Of a stretch of DNA of 64,000 bases, positions 11,401-22,620 are shown piece by piece (the first letter of the stretch is position 1; every line of letters starts with the position of its first letter). The DNA is taken from positions 1,922,001 to 1,986,000 of the forward strand of contig JBHGNT010000010.1 in NCBI GenBank assembly GCA_043228905.1, read 5' to 3'. The stretch is from Azolla caroliniana (lineage: Eukaryota; Plantae; Polypodiophyta). The notes beneath the pieces are model-generated. The model made no database searches. It was not told the DNA's origin and saw nothing but the letters and a program-made list of their open reading frames with translations. Both the position numbers and the translations under genes were made by a program.

Positions 11401-12510
11401 AAGCAGGCTCCCCGGCAATGGTACCGGAAGTTCGACTCCTTCATGACCGACGAATGGTACCTCAAAACGCAGTCCGACCACTGCGTGTTTGTGAAGAAGT
11501 TCGAAGGAGGAGACTTTCTAATACTCCTCCTGTACGTGGACGACATGTTGATCGTCGGACGGGACCAGGTCAAGATACGGATGCTGAAGAAGGCTCTTCA
11601 CCGAACCTTCTCAATGAAGGACTTGGGTCCGGCGAGGCAAATATTAGGGATGCACATCATCCGGGACTGGAGGAAGAAGCAGTTGTGGCTGTCACAGGAA
11701 AAGTACGTGACAAAGGTGCTTCAACGGTTCAACATGTCGGAAGCAAGACCGGTCGGGTCAACCCTCCCAGCAAACTGCAAGTTGTCCAGCAAGCAAAGTC
11801 CCAAGACAAAGGCTGAGAAGGAGGACATGATGAAAGTGCCATATGCCTCTGCCGTCGGAAGCTTGATGTACGCAATGGTGTGTACAAAACCGGACATAGG
11901 ATATGCAGTCGGAGTGGTGAGCCGGTACATGAGCAATCCCGGCAAAGAGCATTGGAACGCGGCCAAGTGGATACTCCGATACCTGAAGGGCACGGCAAAC
12001 GTGTGCCTCCGATTCGGCTCCGGTAAGCCCGAACTCGACGGCTTTACCGATTCGGATATGTCGGCTGATGCAGATACCAGCCGGTCCACATCAGGGTATG
12101 TGATGACGTACGCAGGGGGAGCTGTTTCATGGCAGTTGAGGCTGCAGAAGACGGTTGCGTTGTCAACCACGGAGGCGGAGTACATGGCGGCTGTTGAAGC
12201 CGGCAAGGAAATAATATGGATGATGGACTTCATTAGAGAGCTCGGTATCCAGCAGGAGGAGTACCGACTCTACTGCGACAGTCAGAGTGCCATCCACCTT
12301 GCGAAGAACGCGGCCTATCACTCCCGGACGAAGCACATCCAGCGAAGATATCACTGGATCCGGGAAAGGATAGAAGACAAGGAGTTCGTGCTGACGAAGG
12401 TCCACACGGACGAGAACGGGTCGGATATGCTGACCAAGGTGCTCACACCCGACAAGCTGGAAGCATGCCAGAAGAGGATCGGATTGGAGAGACATCCCAT
12501 GCCGAAGTGA
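8437..12510 (+). CDS. Copia gag-pol polyprotein, 1357 aa, uninterrupted
   Basis: Zinc knuckle CFHCGKPGHFRKNC, protease WVVDSGAS, integrase HHCC and DDE motifs (HTDVC, DNGGEY, AERMNRT), RT YVDD, RNaseH STTEAEY. First ATG after the PBS is 8437. Confidence 0.96.
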   Translation: MEGGGSGPPGMMVLNSQNYADWKIKMEDLLIVRDLYEPIDNAEIPKGVIESEWKLLNRKAVATIRQYVDVSVLQHVANDTNAYEMWKKLSGLYERKNALNRTSLMRKIVNLKYRDGENMVEHVSTFMGFVNQLAAIKFPLEDAMQAIILMCTLPESWENLVVTLSTSCTEDNLSLQTVKTSILNEEARRRDKEPVSDPKMLLTESDRGRQWNRSPQRREKSGTRSQSRGRPTCFHCGKPGHFRKNCRHYRKDNGADDTDSKKSPERNGAYRGATDRRGPDRRGQDRKGTTALAASEEEIMLITEERELNLAGVEMTWVVDSGASFHLTPEKKYFSSYTTGEHGCVRMGNEGTCRIAGIGDVWLMTSTGCKMLLKDVRHVPEVRLNLISAGRLDDEGYTGSIRNGVMKFSKGSLIVARARKVNTLYLMNSRLCPEELNVAADTAGELWHKRLCHMSEKGMKRLAEDSLIPVKHVHLEKCTDCLAGKQNRTSFHSRPPTRRSAPLELVHTDVCQVETKSHGGAQYFVTFIDDHSRKLWTAPLKTKDQVLSVFKELHARVERESGKKLKAIRADNGGEYRGQFQEYCRSKGIRLEFTVPKTPELNGLAERMNRTIMERVRSMLAHAKLPKGFWAEAMSTTTYVINRSPSVPLDGDTPQKVWTGREVSYRHLKVFGCLAYVHVAKDRRGKLDPKTRPCIFLGYGDDEFGYRVWDPVDKKIFRSRDIIFMEDKTLADLESEKKMKSSKSTGEDQLYEEQSRPARDRLALEDPAEDGEETEPAEEDENDTGTGPDPEMDSDEEESEEPVTEAPERRYPLRERRAPRRFPEPEHVLLTDEGEPESFEEAKHDTQSRRWLSAMQDEMDSLHENHTYELVELPKGKRALRNKWVFKLKPGDAGNPPRYKARIVVKGFQQKKGVDFDEIFAPVVKMTSIRTVLSIAASMDLEVEQMDVKTAFLHGDLEEEIYMQQPEGFEKKGKEHLVCRLKKSLYGLKQAPRQWYRKFDSFMTDEWYLKTQSDHCVFVKKFEGGDFLILLLYVDDMLIVGRDQVKIRMLKKALHRTFSMKDLGPARQILGMHIIRDWRKKQLWLSQEKYVTKVLQRFNMSEARPVGSTLPANCKLSSKQSPKTKAEKEDMMKVPYASAVGSLMYAMVCTKPDIGYAVGVVSRYMSNPGKEHWNAAKWILRYLKGTANVCLRFGSGKPELDGFTDSDMSADADTSRSTSGYVMTYAGGAVSWQLRLQKTVALSTTEAEYMAAVEAGKEIIWMMDFIRELGIQQEEYRLYCDSQSAIHLAKNAAYHSRTKHIQRRYHWIRERIEDKEFVLTKVHTDENGSDMLTKVLTPDKLEACQKRIGLERHPMPK

Positions 12511-12596
12511 AGGGGGAGTTTGTTGGGATTACGGTCCCTCCGGATGGGATGGTCGGATGTCCGGGAATCGGGAATGAAGACCCGAATGAGGAGTAC

Positions 12597-12728
12597 CCGG
12601 TATCGGAGCCGGATGCTGAAGACCCCGGTTACGGAGCCGGATGATGAAGACCCCGGTTACGGAGCCGGATGCTGAAGACCCCGGTTACGGAGCCGGATGA
12701 TGAAGACCCCGGTTACGGAGCCGGATGA
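12597..12728 (+). repeat. 28-bp tandem repeat in the Copia LTR U3 (4+ units in the 3' LTR, 2+ units at 7871-7946 in the 5' LTR)
   Basis: Unit CCGGTTACGGAGCCGGATG(C/A)TGAAGACC. It accounts for the 56-bp LTR length difference (612 vs 668 bp). Confidence 0.9.
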
Positions 12729-13237
12729 CGAATGTACCCGGAGAGAGATCCGGATGCGGGGACATATTTGTGAATATGTTTGCCAAGAGCCCTTGAGGCT
12801 ATATTTGTAAATAACCCAACAGTCATATGTGTATAAATATGACTTAGGGCAAACAGTTTGTTGTTGTTGCTCATTTTATGCGAAGTGAGAGCAGCCGAGA
12901 GAGAGAGAGAGAGAGAGAGACGAAGAGGTCGTTGCCTCTGTGTATTACCGCCGCCTGTGGCGAAGACAGTGAGCTCAAGGTTGTTGCCTTGTAGCTTCAC
13001 CAGTGTACATCCCTGTTCATAGTGATAGTTGGAATCTGAGGACTCCCGTGGTTTTTTCCCATTTAGGGTTTTCCACGTAAAACATCCAGTGTGCCCTTCT
13101 CTCTATTGTTTTTCGTGCATTGTTGTATTTCCCGTTTTCTGTGAATCGATCCTGTTCCTCGGTTGTGGCCGAGCACTGTTTTTCAACAATAATCACATAC
13201 GTCGGAAGGCTACTGTCTTAGACACCGGTGGTGCGGG

Positions 13238-13468
13238 TGTTATGGGCATGGGCATATAATATCCCGTGGTGAGAATTTACCATAGTATTCTATACACGTG
13301 GATATATGTGAGGGTTAAATATGTTACGGGCATGACCATATAATATCCCGCGGTGAGAATTTACCGTAGTATTCTTTACACTCTCATTTAACCCTCACAC
13401 TTATCCACGTGTATAGAATACTATAGTAAATTCTCACCACGGGATGTTATATGGTCATGCACATAACA
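13238..13468. mobile_element. 231-bp long-TIR MITE inserted in the gypsy 5' LTR
   Basis: TGTTAT...ATAACA ends, ~83-bp TIRs, and an internal direct copy of the TIR at 13322-13381. Flanks are GCGGG/TCGGG. Empty site GGTGCGGGCTAGG at ~32575. Confidence 0.85.
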
Positions 13469-16411
13469 TCGGGCTAGGCTTTCGTCTCGACGACCGTGTT
13501 TATCTCTTCCAAGGTATTAGTCATCCTAATATCCGGCGGTATGGGACGTCGGTGGTAGGTTGGCTATGTCTAGATCATAGCTCGGGGGTGGTCGGCTGGA
13601 ACGAGTTCTTCTATCCATTCTATTTTCTTTCTTTTACTTTAGTTTGGTCTATTGATTAATAGTAGACTCTTAATAGTGGTATCAGAGCATTTACTAACAA
13701 TTTTTTTTGTTGTTTTGATGTTTTCTGCATGTTAGCGATGGGGATCTAACAAGGCTAATCATGCTTTCCACAGGATCAAAACAACATTCTTAACCCGGTA
13801 TTGTTCTTTCTCGATCTCTCTTTTCTTTTCTATGATGCTTTCTTCTTGGTCATATGGATTTGGTATTACGTTTTCTTTTCTTTTATTTCTTCTTTCTACC
13901 ATCATACGATGTTAATCTAATTATGCATCGGGTCGAGCGTGTTGCACTAATCGCTCACGCTCAACTCATGGCCCTTTTGCATATTGCGATGTATCTCCCA
14001 CTCTCCCCTCTCTTGAGCCATCTCTTACGATAATAATTATTCTTTTGCATCGGGTCGAGTGTGTTTGCCCTAATTGCACACGCTCACCTCATGGCCCTTT
14101 TGCATATGATGTTGAGTATACCACTCTTCCCTTTATTGAGCCATCGCTTAGTTGATTCTATGGGATGTTGTGGTCTTGACGAGGTGTATGTCGCCTACCT
14201 ATGCCACTCTACTCTCTATTGAGTTGTCACTTGGCCGATTCTATGGGATGTTGTGGCCTTAACGAGGTATATGTCGCTTACCTATGCCACTTTACTCTTT
14301 ATAGAGCCATCAATTGGCCGATTCTAGGGAGATGTGGTGGTCTTGAGGAGGACGTGCATGTCGACTACCTTAGGGTTTCATACCTTAAGGCATGCTTAAT
14401 TATTGATACACTTAATTGATTATTATTCTAATTAATTTCTAATTAAACAAATTTGTCGTTTCTCTTTTGTATGATTTTCTAGTAATAGTCATTTACCCAC
14501 CAACAATTAACTCTCTTTCTTGCCCTTATTTTAAGTTCATCTACACTATTTATGTACGTTTAATGGTGTGACGATTCATGTAGATTATTTTTTAATATTG
14601 AGTGGGCATCATGCCATTTTTTGAACGATTTTTTCCAACGGCTCATCTAGGTTTAACTCATATTATCGAGCCTTAGAACTCAAGTAAAACCACATGAGTT
14701 CCCCTATTGATGTTTTACTCATAGATTTGAGTTCTACATCTTTGCGCACAACACCACCGCCACCTTTATCAATTTGTGGCTTATGTCACAATTGTGAAAA
14801 TTACAACCACCATATTGGGATGTATATGTGGATACCTCACACCATCCATTTATTTGTGACATTTTTTTTTAGTAGGTAACACATGGGTTTTTTGACCCTT
14901 GTTTTTGTCACTACTTGATTCTTATGGGTAGTGCCTTATTTTATCGTTTTTGTCATAACATTTTCTTGTTACTCGCAAGACTAGAATATTACTTGCGAGT
15001 GCACTTGTTTTTTCACGTAATACACTTTCTCGACCATATCAATACATGTTGGGTTGGCATTCTAATATAAGGCTAACTAGGAAACTACGTTGATGTTAGA
15101 ACCATGGTTGAGCCTCAGGGAGCCGCCATGATTATCCAAGATAGAGATCCAAGAAAGACATCTTAGTCATGTTTTCCCCCATGGTTTTTAAAACACCATA
15201 GTGTTACCATAGTTATCGGATCTCGAATCACATCTCATATGTCTAGAGGGGTAAAGACATGAGATGCTTTCTTGGTAAAGTTCTTACAATCAAAATTTCA
15301 AGCATTCATTTTGCTTGTGTATTTTCTGAACCTCCTTATTTATATTGCATACCCACAACTTGCATCATGGAACAAGTTTTGAACGCTGTGGGAGCAATCT
15401 CTCCGACCGAGACCTCTCAACTCCAATCCACATCTCGCACACAAGCTGAGATCACATTTGAGCAATTGCTCACTACTACCTTGAAGCAATTGGCCAAAAT
15501 GAGGCAGGCCAATATGGCATTGGAAAAGAAATTCCAAGAATTGACTATTGAGTCCAAGAAAGAAGGTGAGCCTTCTTTCGTAGTAACGCCATTCAAGGGA
15601 GATAAGAAAGAAAGAACCAAGCAGGCCATTAGCACTTGGCTTGGTCGTTGGGAATCTCACTTTGAGCTCCATCCCAAGGCTGATGCTATAAAAATTGGTT
15701 ACGTCGGTCGTGAGTTAGGTGGCCGAGCTGCTGCTTGGTGGCACGGCCTAAGGACTGCAAAGAACTTACCTAGAACTTGGGAAGGTTTTGTTGATGTTTT
15801 TAAGAAACTGTTTTTGTAGCCACCTTCTTAAACTGAACAAGTGCAACACTTGCTCATGTTGTCGAGTAAGCCATTTACCTCTCTCAAGGATTATGTGCAT
15901 CATGCTCGGACCTAGATCCAAAAATCGGGACTTACGGGTGAGAAATGGTTTGTTGCTTGCTTTTTGAATGGTATTCCTAATGGGAATTACCATTGGATTG
16001 TCCATGACAAGGACCCCACAAATTTTGAGGAAGCCGTCAACATTGTACTTCGGTACCATAGGACTTCCAAGAAAGACCACAATAAACCCGAGTTTGCCAA
16101 AACTCCGAATGTCAAGTTCATTGGGAAACATAAGCAATCCAGTGACACTTTTGACCGCGACCCCAAGAAACCAAACCTCTTCCATGCATATTGCAAGAAG
16201 CGGGGCCACACAAAGGATACCTGTCTTCATCTTGAGAGGAAGTCAATGAACAACCCTCCTCAAGAGAAATCTACGAGTCACACAGGTGAGTCATTTGATG
16301 TTGTTGAAGTTCATACCAACCACTTAAGTTCATGTGAATGCACTTTTCCTTCACATTTACTTGGACATAATGATTTATTCCGATCAGTCGGGTATATCAA
16401 TGGAACACAAG

Positions 16412-19400
16412 TGTCATGAAGACATACATCTTCGTATGGTCGTGGATTATCGAGGCTTGAATAAAGTGACCGTTAGAAACCGATATGCTCTCCCATTGAT
16501 CTCAAGCCTTCTAGAACGCCTCAGTGAAGCAAAGTATTTCACGAAGTTAGATCTTCGAGGTGCCTACAACCTTGTTCGAATTCGTCCTGGGGATGAATGG
16601 AAGACGGCGTTCCGCACTCGCTATGGTCATTTTGAGTACACAGTGATGCCTTTTGGCCTCACGAATGCACCAGCAGTCTTCCAACATATGGCGAATGATA
16701 TTTTTCGAGACTTCCTCGATATCTTCATCATTGTTTACCTGGATGATATCTTGATCTACTCAAAAACTCAAGAAGAACATGATATACATGTTCGCCAAGT
16801 TTTGCAACGACTACGAGAGTATGGTCTATATGCAAAATTGGAGAAGTGTAGTTTCGACCAACGTCAAGTGGAGTTTTTGGGGTACATAGTCTCTTCAAAT
16901 GGCATCTCTATGGATCCATCAAAGGTTCAAACAATTTTGGATTGGCAAACACCACAGTCCGTGCGAGATGTGCAATGTTTTTTGGGGTTCGCAAACTTTT
17001 ATCGCAAGTTCATCAAAGACTATTCAAAAATTGTGTTGCCCCTCACCAGTCTTTAGCCCTTAGCCTACTCCTTGTAATCTTCTTTCTCATAATATAATCG
17101 CATTCCCATTTCTTATCTCTCACTTATACTTTTCTCTCTCTTGCACTCTCTCCCTCTTTCACTCTCTTTCTATCACTATCGCTATCTCTACCGCTCTCGC
17201 CATCTCTATCGTTATCGTTATCTCTATTGCCATCGCTCTCTCTCTCTGCTTCCTACTCAAGAGTCACGACAGTTTGAACCGAATGAGTTGTGATGAGTGT
17301 ATGGACTCTTATTTATAGGCCCTTATGGAGTATTCTAGAATGTTCTAGAATATTTTAGATATTTATGAATAATAATAATAATAAATATAATCATGAAATA
17401 TTCAAGAACATTCTAGAATAATCTAGAATGTTCTAAATATCTCGTAATAACTAAACATATAATTATTATGATTACATCTCACATATGTTATTACAATGGT
17501 TAAAGTACAATATGTAAACCAAGAGGTTATGGGTTCGATTCCTGGTTCGCCAAGATGAATGTCATGATAAGCCAAGATGTATGTCTTCATGACATTATCC
17601 CCCCTTTTCGATGACGAGTTGCACGAGTCGGAAGAAAAGAGTTCAGACTTGGTTTATGAGGATATTGGTTGTGAAATGCAACAACCATGTCGGAGGCATT
17701 GGCAAGATGTTCGGCAGGCTCCCATGTTCGATCATTAGGTGTATAGCCTAACCAATCAACCAAGTAGTATAGTTTGTTGCGAATGATCTTGGAGTCGAGG
17801 ATAGCGGCAACCTCATATTCAGAGCCATTGGAAACGTCAATTGGAGGTGGGGGAGGTGTAACACGACCCGGAATAGAGCTCGTTGTGTAAGGCTCCAAAA
17901 GTGAAACATGGAAGACCGGGTGAAGACGCATATGAGGAGGAAGATCAAGACGAAATGTCACATCATTGATCTTACCACTTATGACATATGGGCCAAAACG
18001 TTGATAATCCAATTTGTAGCAAGGTCGGGTTGTTTTAATGCTACCTTGTAAGAGCCATACACGATCGCCTACTTGAAATGTAGTCGATGAATCACGCCGA
18101 TGACGGTCAGCAATCTTCTTTTGAGTGTTTTGGGCTTCACATAAATGATGCAAAAGCATATCCTGAACTTCTTGGAGTCGAGTGAGCCGATCTTCAGCAG
18201 CTGGGTTTTTTGGGAGTTCAGGATGTTCAAGCATCGTCCAACGAGGATGGTACCCAATGTTTGCAAAAAATGGGGAATATCCAGTAGAAGAATGCTCAGA
18301 GTTGTTATAAGCAAATTCTGCCAAAGGTAGTAAATCCACCCAATCATCTTGTTGATAGTTGACAAAACAACGTAGATATTGCTCGACTGTTTGGTTGGTG
18401 CGCTCACTTTGCCCATTAGTCTCTGGATAGGAGCCATTTGGTTGGACCATCCTAGTTATGTAGAGTCAGTACCTAGTTGTGGTTCCATTGCCGGGAGAGA
18501 GTTTACAAGAAGTATGTAAGAGTCTGAACATGTGCCGCCAAAATTTCGAGATGAATTGGGGACCCCGATCACTGATAATATCATCCGGAAGACCATGATG
18601 GCGAAACACCTCCCACATGAGTAAATCAGCTGTCTCTTGACTAGTAATGGTCTTTGTGCATGGAAGGAAATGTGCCATCTTCGTAAAACGATCGACAACC
18701 GTGAGAATCGAATCAAATCCCTTGGAAGGTGGAAGATCCGTAATAAAGTCCAAGGAAATAGATTTCCATGGGCTCTCCGGAATAGGCATTGGCTGTAATA
18801 AGCCATATGGATGATGTCGAGGCTTTTTTGATCGGCAACATGTATCACAGCTACGAACATAATCCGTAACAAAATGGCGAAGCCGTGGCCACCAATATCG
18901 GCGAGAAATCAACTCAAAAGTCTTGTGGATGCCGAAGTGTCCCGCCATTGGTGTGTCATGACATTGTTGCATGACTTTGAGTCGAGAAGGACCATCAGGC
19001 ACATACAAGAGAGTTTGTCGAAAAAGTAACCCATCATGCCAACTAAACTGGGTGTAGTCTAGACGAGGATTTTGAGTTTGGGAGCTAGATGCACGATTTG
19101 GGATAATATGGCTCAAAACCTCTTCAATAGTTCTTTTTCTCCAATCAATGGTTGGGTTATGTAACTCAAACCAAGGAAGACCAAGAACTAGAGAGTGCTC
19201 CGGACTACTAATGATGTTAAATGAGATGACACTAGCCAAATTACCTAGGACTACACGAATTGGTTCAGACTCTTCGACTATATCTCCTGATGCTATAGGG
19301 CGACCATCGATGACTCCTACAGCTACTGGGTTTGGGAGTTTTTTCGAGACTTCCTCGATATCTTCATCATTGTTTACCTGGATGATATCTTGATCTACTC

Positions 19401-20233
19401 AAAAACTCAAGAAGAACATGATATACATGTTCGCCAAGTTTTGCAACGACTACGAGAGTATGGTCTCTATGCAAAATTGGAGAAGTGTAGTTTCGACCAA
19501 CGTCAATTGGAGTTTTTGGGGTACATAGTCTCTTCAAATGGCATCTCTATGGATCCATCAAAGGTTCAAACAATTTTGGATTGGCAAACACCACAGTCCG
19601 TGCGAGATGTGCAATGTTTTTTGGGGTTCGCAAACTTTTATCGCAAGTTCATCAAAGACTATTCAAAAATTGTGTTGCCCCTCACCAGTCTTTAGCCCTT
19701 AGCCTACTCCTTGTAATCTTCTTTCTCATAATATAATCGCATTCCCATTTCTTATCTCTCACTTATACTTTTCTCTCTCTTGCACTCTCTCCCTCTTTCA
19801 CTCTCTTTCTATCACTATCGCTATCTCTACCGCTCTCGCCATCTCTATCGTTATCGTTATCTCTATTGCCATCGCTCTCTCTCTCTGCTTCCTACTCAAG
19901 AGTCACGACAGTTTGAACCGAATGAGTTGTGATGAGTGTATGGACTCTTATTTATAGGCCCTTATGGAGTATTCTAGAATGTTCTAGAATATTTTAGATA
20001 TTTATGAATAATAATAATAATAAATATAATCATGAAATATTCAAGAACATTCTAGAATAATCTAGAATGTTCTAAATATCTCGTAATAACTAAACATATA
20101 ATTATTATGATTACATCTCACATATGTTATTACAATGGTTAAAGTACAATATGTAAACCAAGAGGTTATGGGTTCGATTCCTGGTTCGCCAAGATGAATG
20201 TCATGATAAGCCAAGATGTATGTCTTCATGACA
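16412..20233 (-). mobile_element. Rearranged Tcn1-like chromovirus derivative
   Basis: TSD ACAAG (16407-16411, 20234-20238); perfect 21-bp terminal inverted repeat; ~894-bp direct repeat (16701-17594 / 19340-20233). PPT at 17595-17608 (minus). Protease, integrase and chromodomain remnants are on minus (17587-19340), while RT fragments are on plus (16433-17056, 19340-19695). Confidence 0.9.
17333..17433. promoter_or_regulatory. Heat-shock-element arrays in the LTR (copy at 19972-20072)
   Basis: TTCtaGAAtgTTCtaGAA and GAAcaTTCtaGAA, located upstream (minus strand) of TATAAAT at 17311-17317. Confidence 0.55.
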
Positions 20234-22620
20234 ACAAGCACATTTCTTGTTTGATTCCAGTAGTTCTCACAATTTTTTTAATAATCACTTTGTGCAACAA
20301 ATGGAACTCCACATAAAGGCAAGTGATCATATCTATCAAGTTCACATGGCAAATGGAAGTGTTCAATACATCAGTGGCATTGTTTGTCAACTGCCAATTC
20401 AAATAGATACCTATTTGGCGAAGCTTCACTTTCATGTTATGGAACTACAATCCGCAGATATCATTTTAGGATAGCCTTGGTTTTTTAATAAAAACCCTTC
20501 TTTGTCCATTGATTGGGTTAATCACTCAATCACATTTGAACTTAATAATTGTAAACATTTTATTTAATGTTCCAAACTTCTCGTTCACTTGTGTCTTCTA
20601 AATCTTTAAATGAGTATTCAAGTTCATTAATTTATTCGTGTGTAATTGATCTTGTGCTTCAATTTTATTATTTTCATATTGACACCACACAATTACCACA
20701 TTATGAACAACAATTACTCGACTCTATTTTAGACGATTTTCAAGACGTGTTTCCTAACGAATTGCCATTTCCTTTATCGCTAAAACGTAATGTGGACCAT
20801 CAATTTGAACTCATTCCTGGTGCTTCTCTTGTGAGCATTCCACCTTACCGACTTAGTCGATTAGAAGAGGATAAGATCGCTAAACAACTTAAGGAATACT
20901 TATGTATGGGCCACATTAGGTATAGTAAATCACCTTGGGGTGCGCCAGTTCTATTGGTTAAGAAGAAGGAAGGTTCATGGTGAATGTGTATCAATTATCG
21001 CCGTTTGAATAAAATGACAATTAAAAATGCATATCCGTTACCTCGTGCCAATGATTTGATTGATCGTTTGCATGGGGCTCGATATTTTACGAAAATTGAC
21101 TTACGGACATGTTATCATCAGATTCGCATTGCCAAGGATGATATTCCTAAAACCACTTTTCGTATGCGCTATAGCCATTATGAGTTTTTAGTCATGCCTT
21201 TCGGGTTGACTAATGCTCCAACCACATTCCAACAAGCGATGAATGACGTTTTCCGAGATCAACTCGGTGATTTTGTTGTTGTCTGCTTGGATGATATTTT
21301 GATATATAGCCGTACCTTGAAAGATCATGTTCAACATGTTCCATTTGTTTTGCAAAAGTTGCGTGACAACTCTTTCTATGCAAAACATTTCAAAATGTGA
21401 TTTTTTCCAAAAATCTATTGTGTACCTAGGTCATTTAATTATGGAAAGTGGTGTGGAAATTGAACCTTCTCCTATTGAAATGGTTAAACTTTGGCCCATT
21501 CCTTGTAATATTCATGAACTACGATCATTCTTAGGGTTTGTTGGATTTTTATGAAAATCAATTCGTATCTATTCCAAATTGACTACGCCATTAACTGACC
21601 TTTTAAAAGGTCATCCACGTAAGTCTGTCAAACCAATTGCATGGAATGAACAACTTGACAAATCATTTGAGACACTCAAAGAGCATGTGTGTCTGGCTCC
21701 CACTCTTCGGTGGTAGGTTGCCTATGTCTAGATCATAGCTCGGGGATGGTCGGGTGGAACAGGTTCTTCAATCCATTCTATTTTCCTTCTTTTACTTTAG
21801 TTTGGTCTATTGATTAGTAATAGACTCTTAACAAATCCCTCGAGACCATTATTAATGTTGGAATTGATCAAGATCATTCTACTCAAATGCATGAGTCATT
21901 GCCAATTCTATTACTTGAGGGTTACAAATTACGTTAATTTTAAGTATACATACTTGTGTCAGCTTAGGTAATAAGTAGAGTGTATTAATAATTTGGAAGA
22001 ATATAAATAAGCTAGTTTTTGAACTGATGTATGCAGTAATAAACTATTTCTCAAATTTTAGTGCGATGCTAATGTGGCAAGAGCAAGAGACATAGATTTG
22101 AAATATATATATATATATATATATGACATGCTTGATCAATGTTTGAAAAAAGGGTTGAGAAATGAAGGGGGTTGGTTAAAAAGCTTATGTATGCAAGTAG
22201 TGGATTGATGTGAAATACCTCGATTGCAATTATTAAATACTTAGATACTTAGGAACCACATTATACAAGAACTAGTCCACACTCTCATTTAAAACTAATT
22301 TTGCTCTATCACGGCTAATCATGAGATGGTACAAGGGCGCATAGTATGTTTTTAGGGTTTACTCAATTGTATACTTATTCTTCACGTAATCGCATGTTCC
22401 TTGGTAATTTAAGAAGAATGTGGGCTTTCAATTGATAAAGACGCCTCTCTCATGGTGATATGACAAGACAAGTCCAACACGAAGAATGATAGAAATCGGG
22501 TGGGCGGATTCCACAAGGTAATGTATTTACACTAAATGATCTACAAGAGAATAAGAGGAATTTGTTGTAGTACAAATGTGTACTTGCCTTTGACTATGTC
22601 ATAAACTGCGTCTTGAGAAG

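Larger units (their letters stand above)
7795..13188 (+). mobile_element. Intact Ty1/copia LTR retrotransposon (Tnt1/Tork-like)
   Basis: TG..CA LTRs 7795-8406 and 12521-13188; TSD ATAAT (7790-7794, 13189-13193); tRNA-iMet PBS 8409-8420; PPT GAAGGGGGAG 12509-12518. Empty site CATAATCA at ~32532. Confidence 0.97.
7569..21833 (+). mobile_element. Ty3/gypsy chromovirus, copy 1 (decayed; three nested insertions; 3' deletion)
   Basis: TSD AATCC (7564-7568, 21834-21838). 5' LTR 7569-13675 is split by the Copia and the MITE. PBS TGGTATCAGAGC at 13677. gag and RT remnants at 15367-16411 and 20239-21700. RNaseH, integrase and most of the 3' LTR are deleted at ~21708. Confidence 0.9.

Noticed and set aside
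17490-17552. Functional tRNA gene
   Set aside because: Acceptor and anticodon stems cannot be formed convincingly; only box-like motifs within an LTR.
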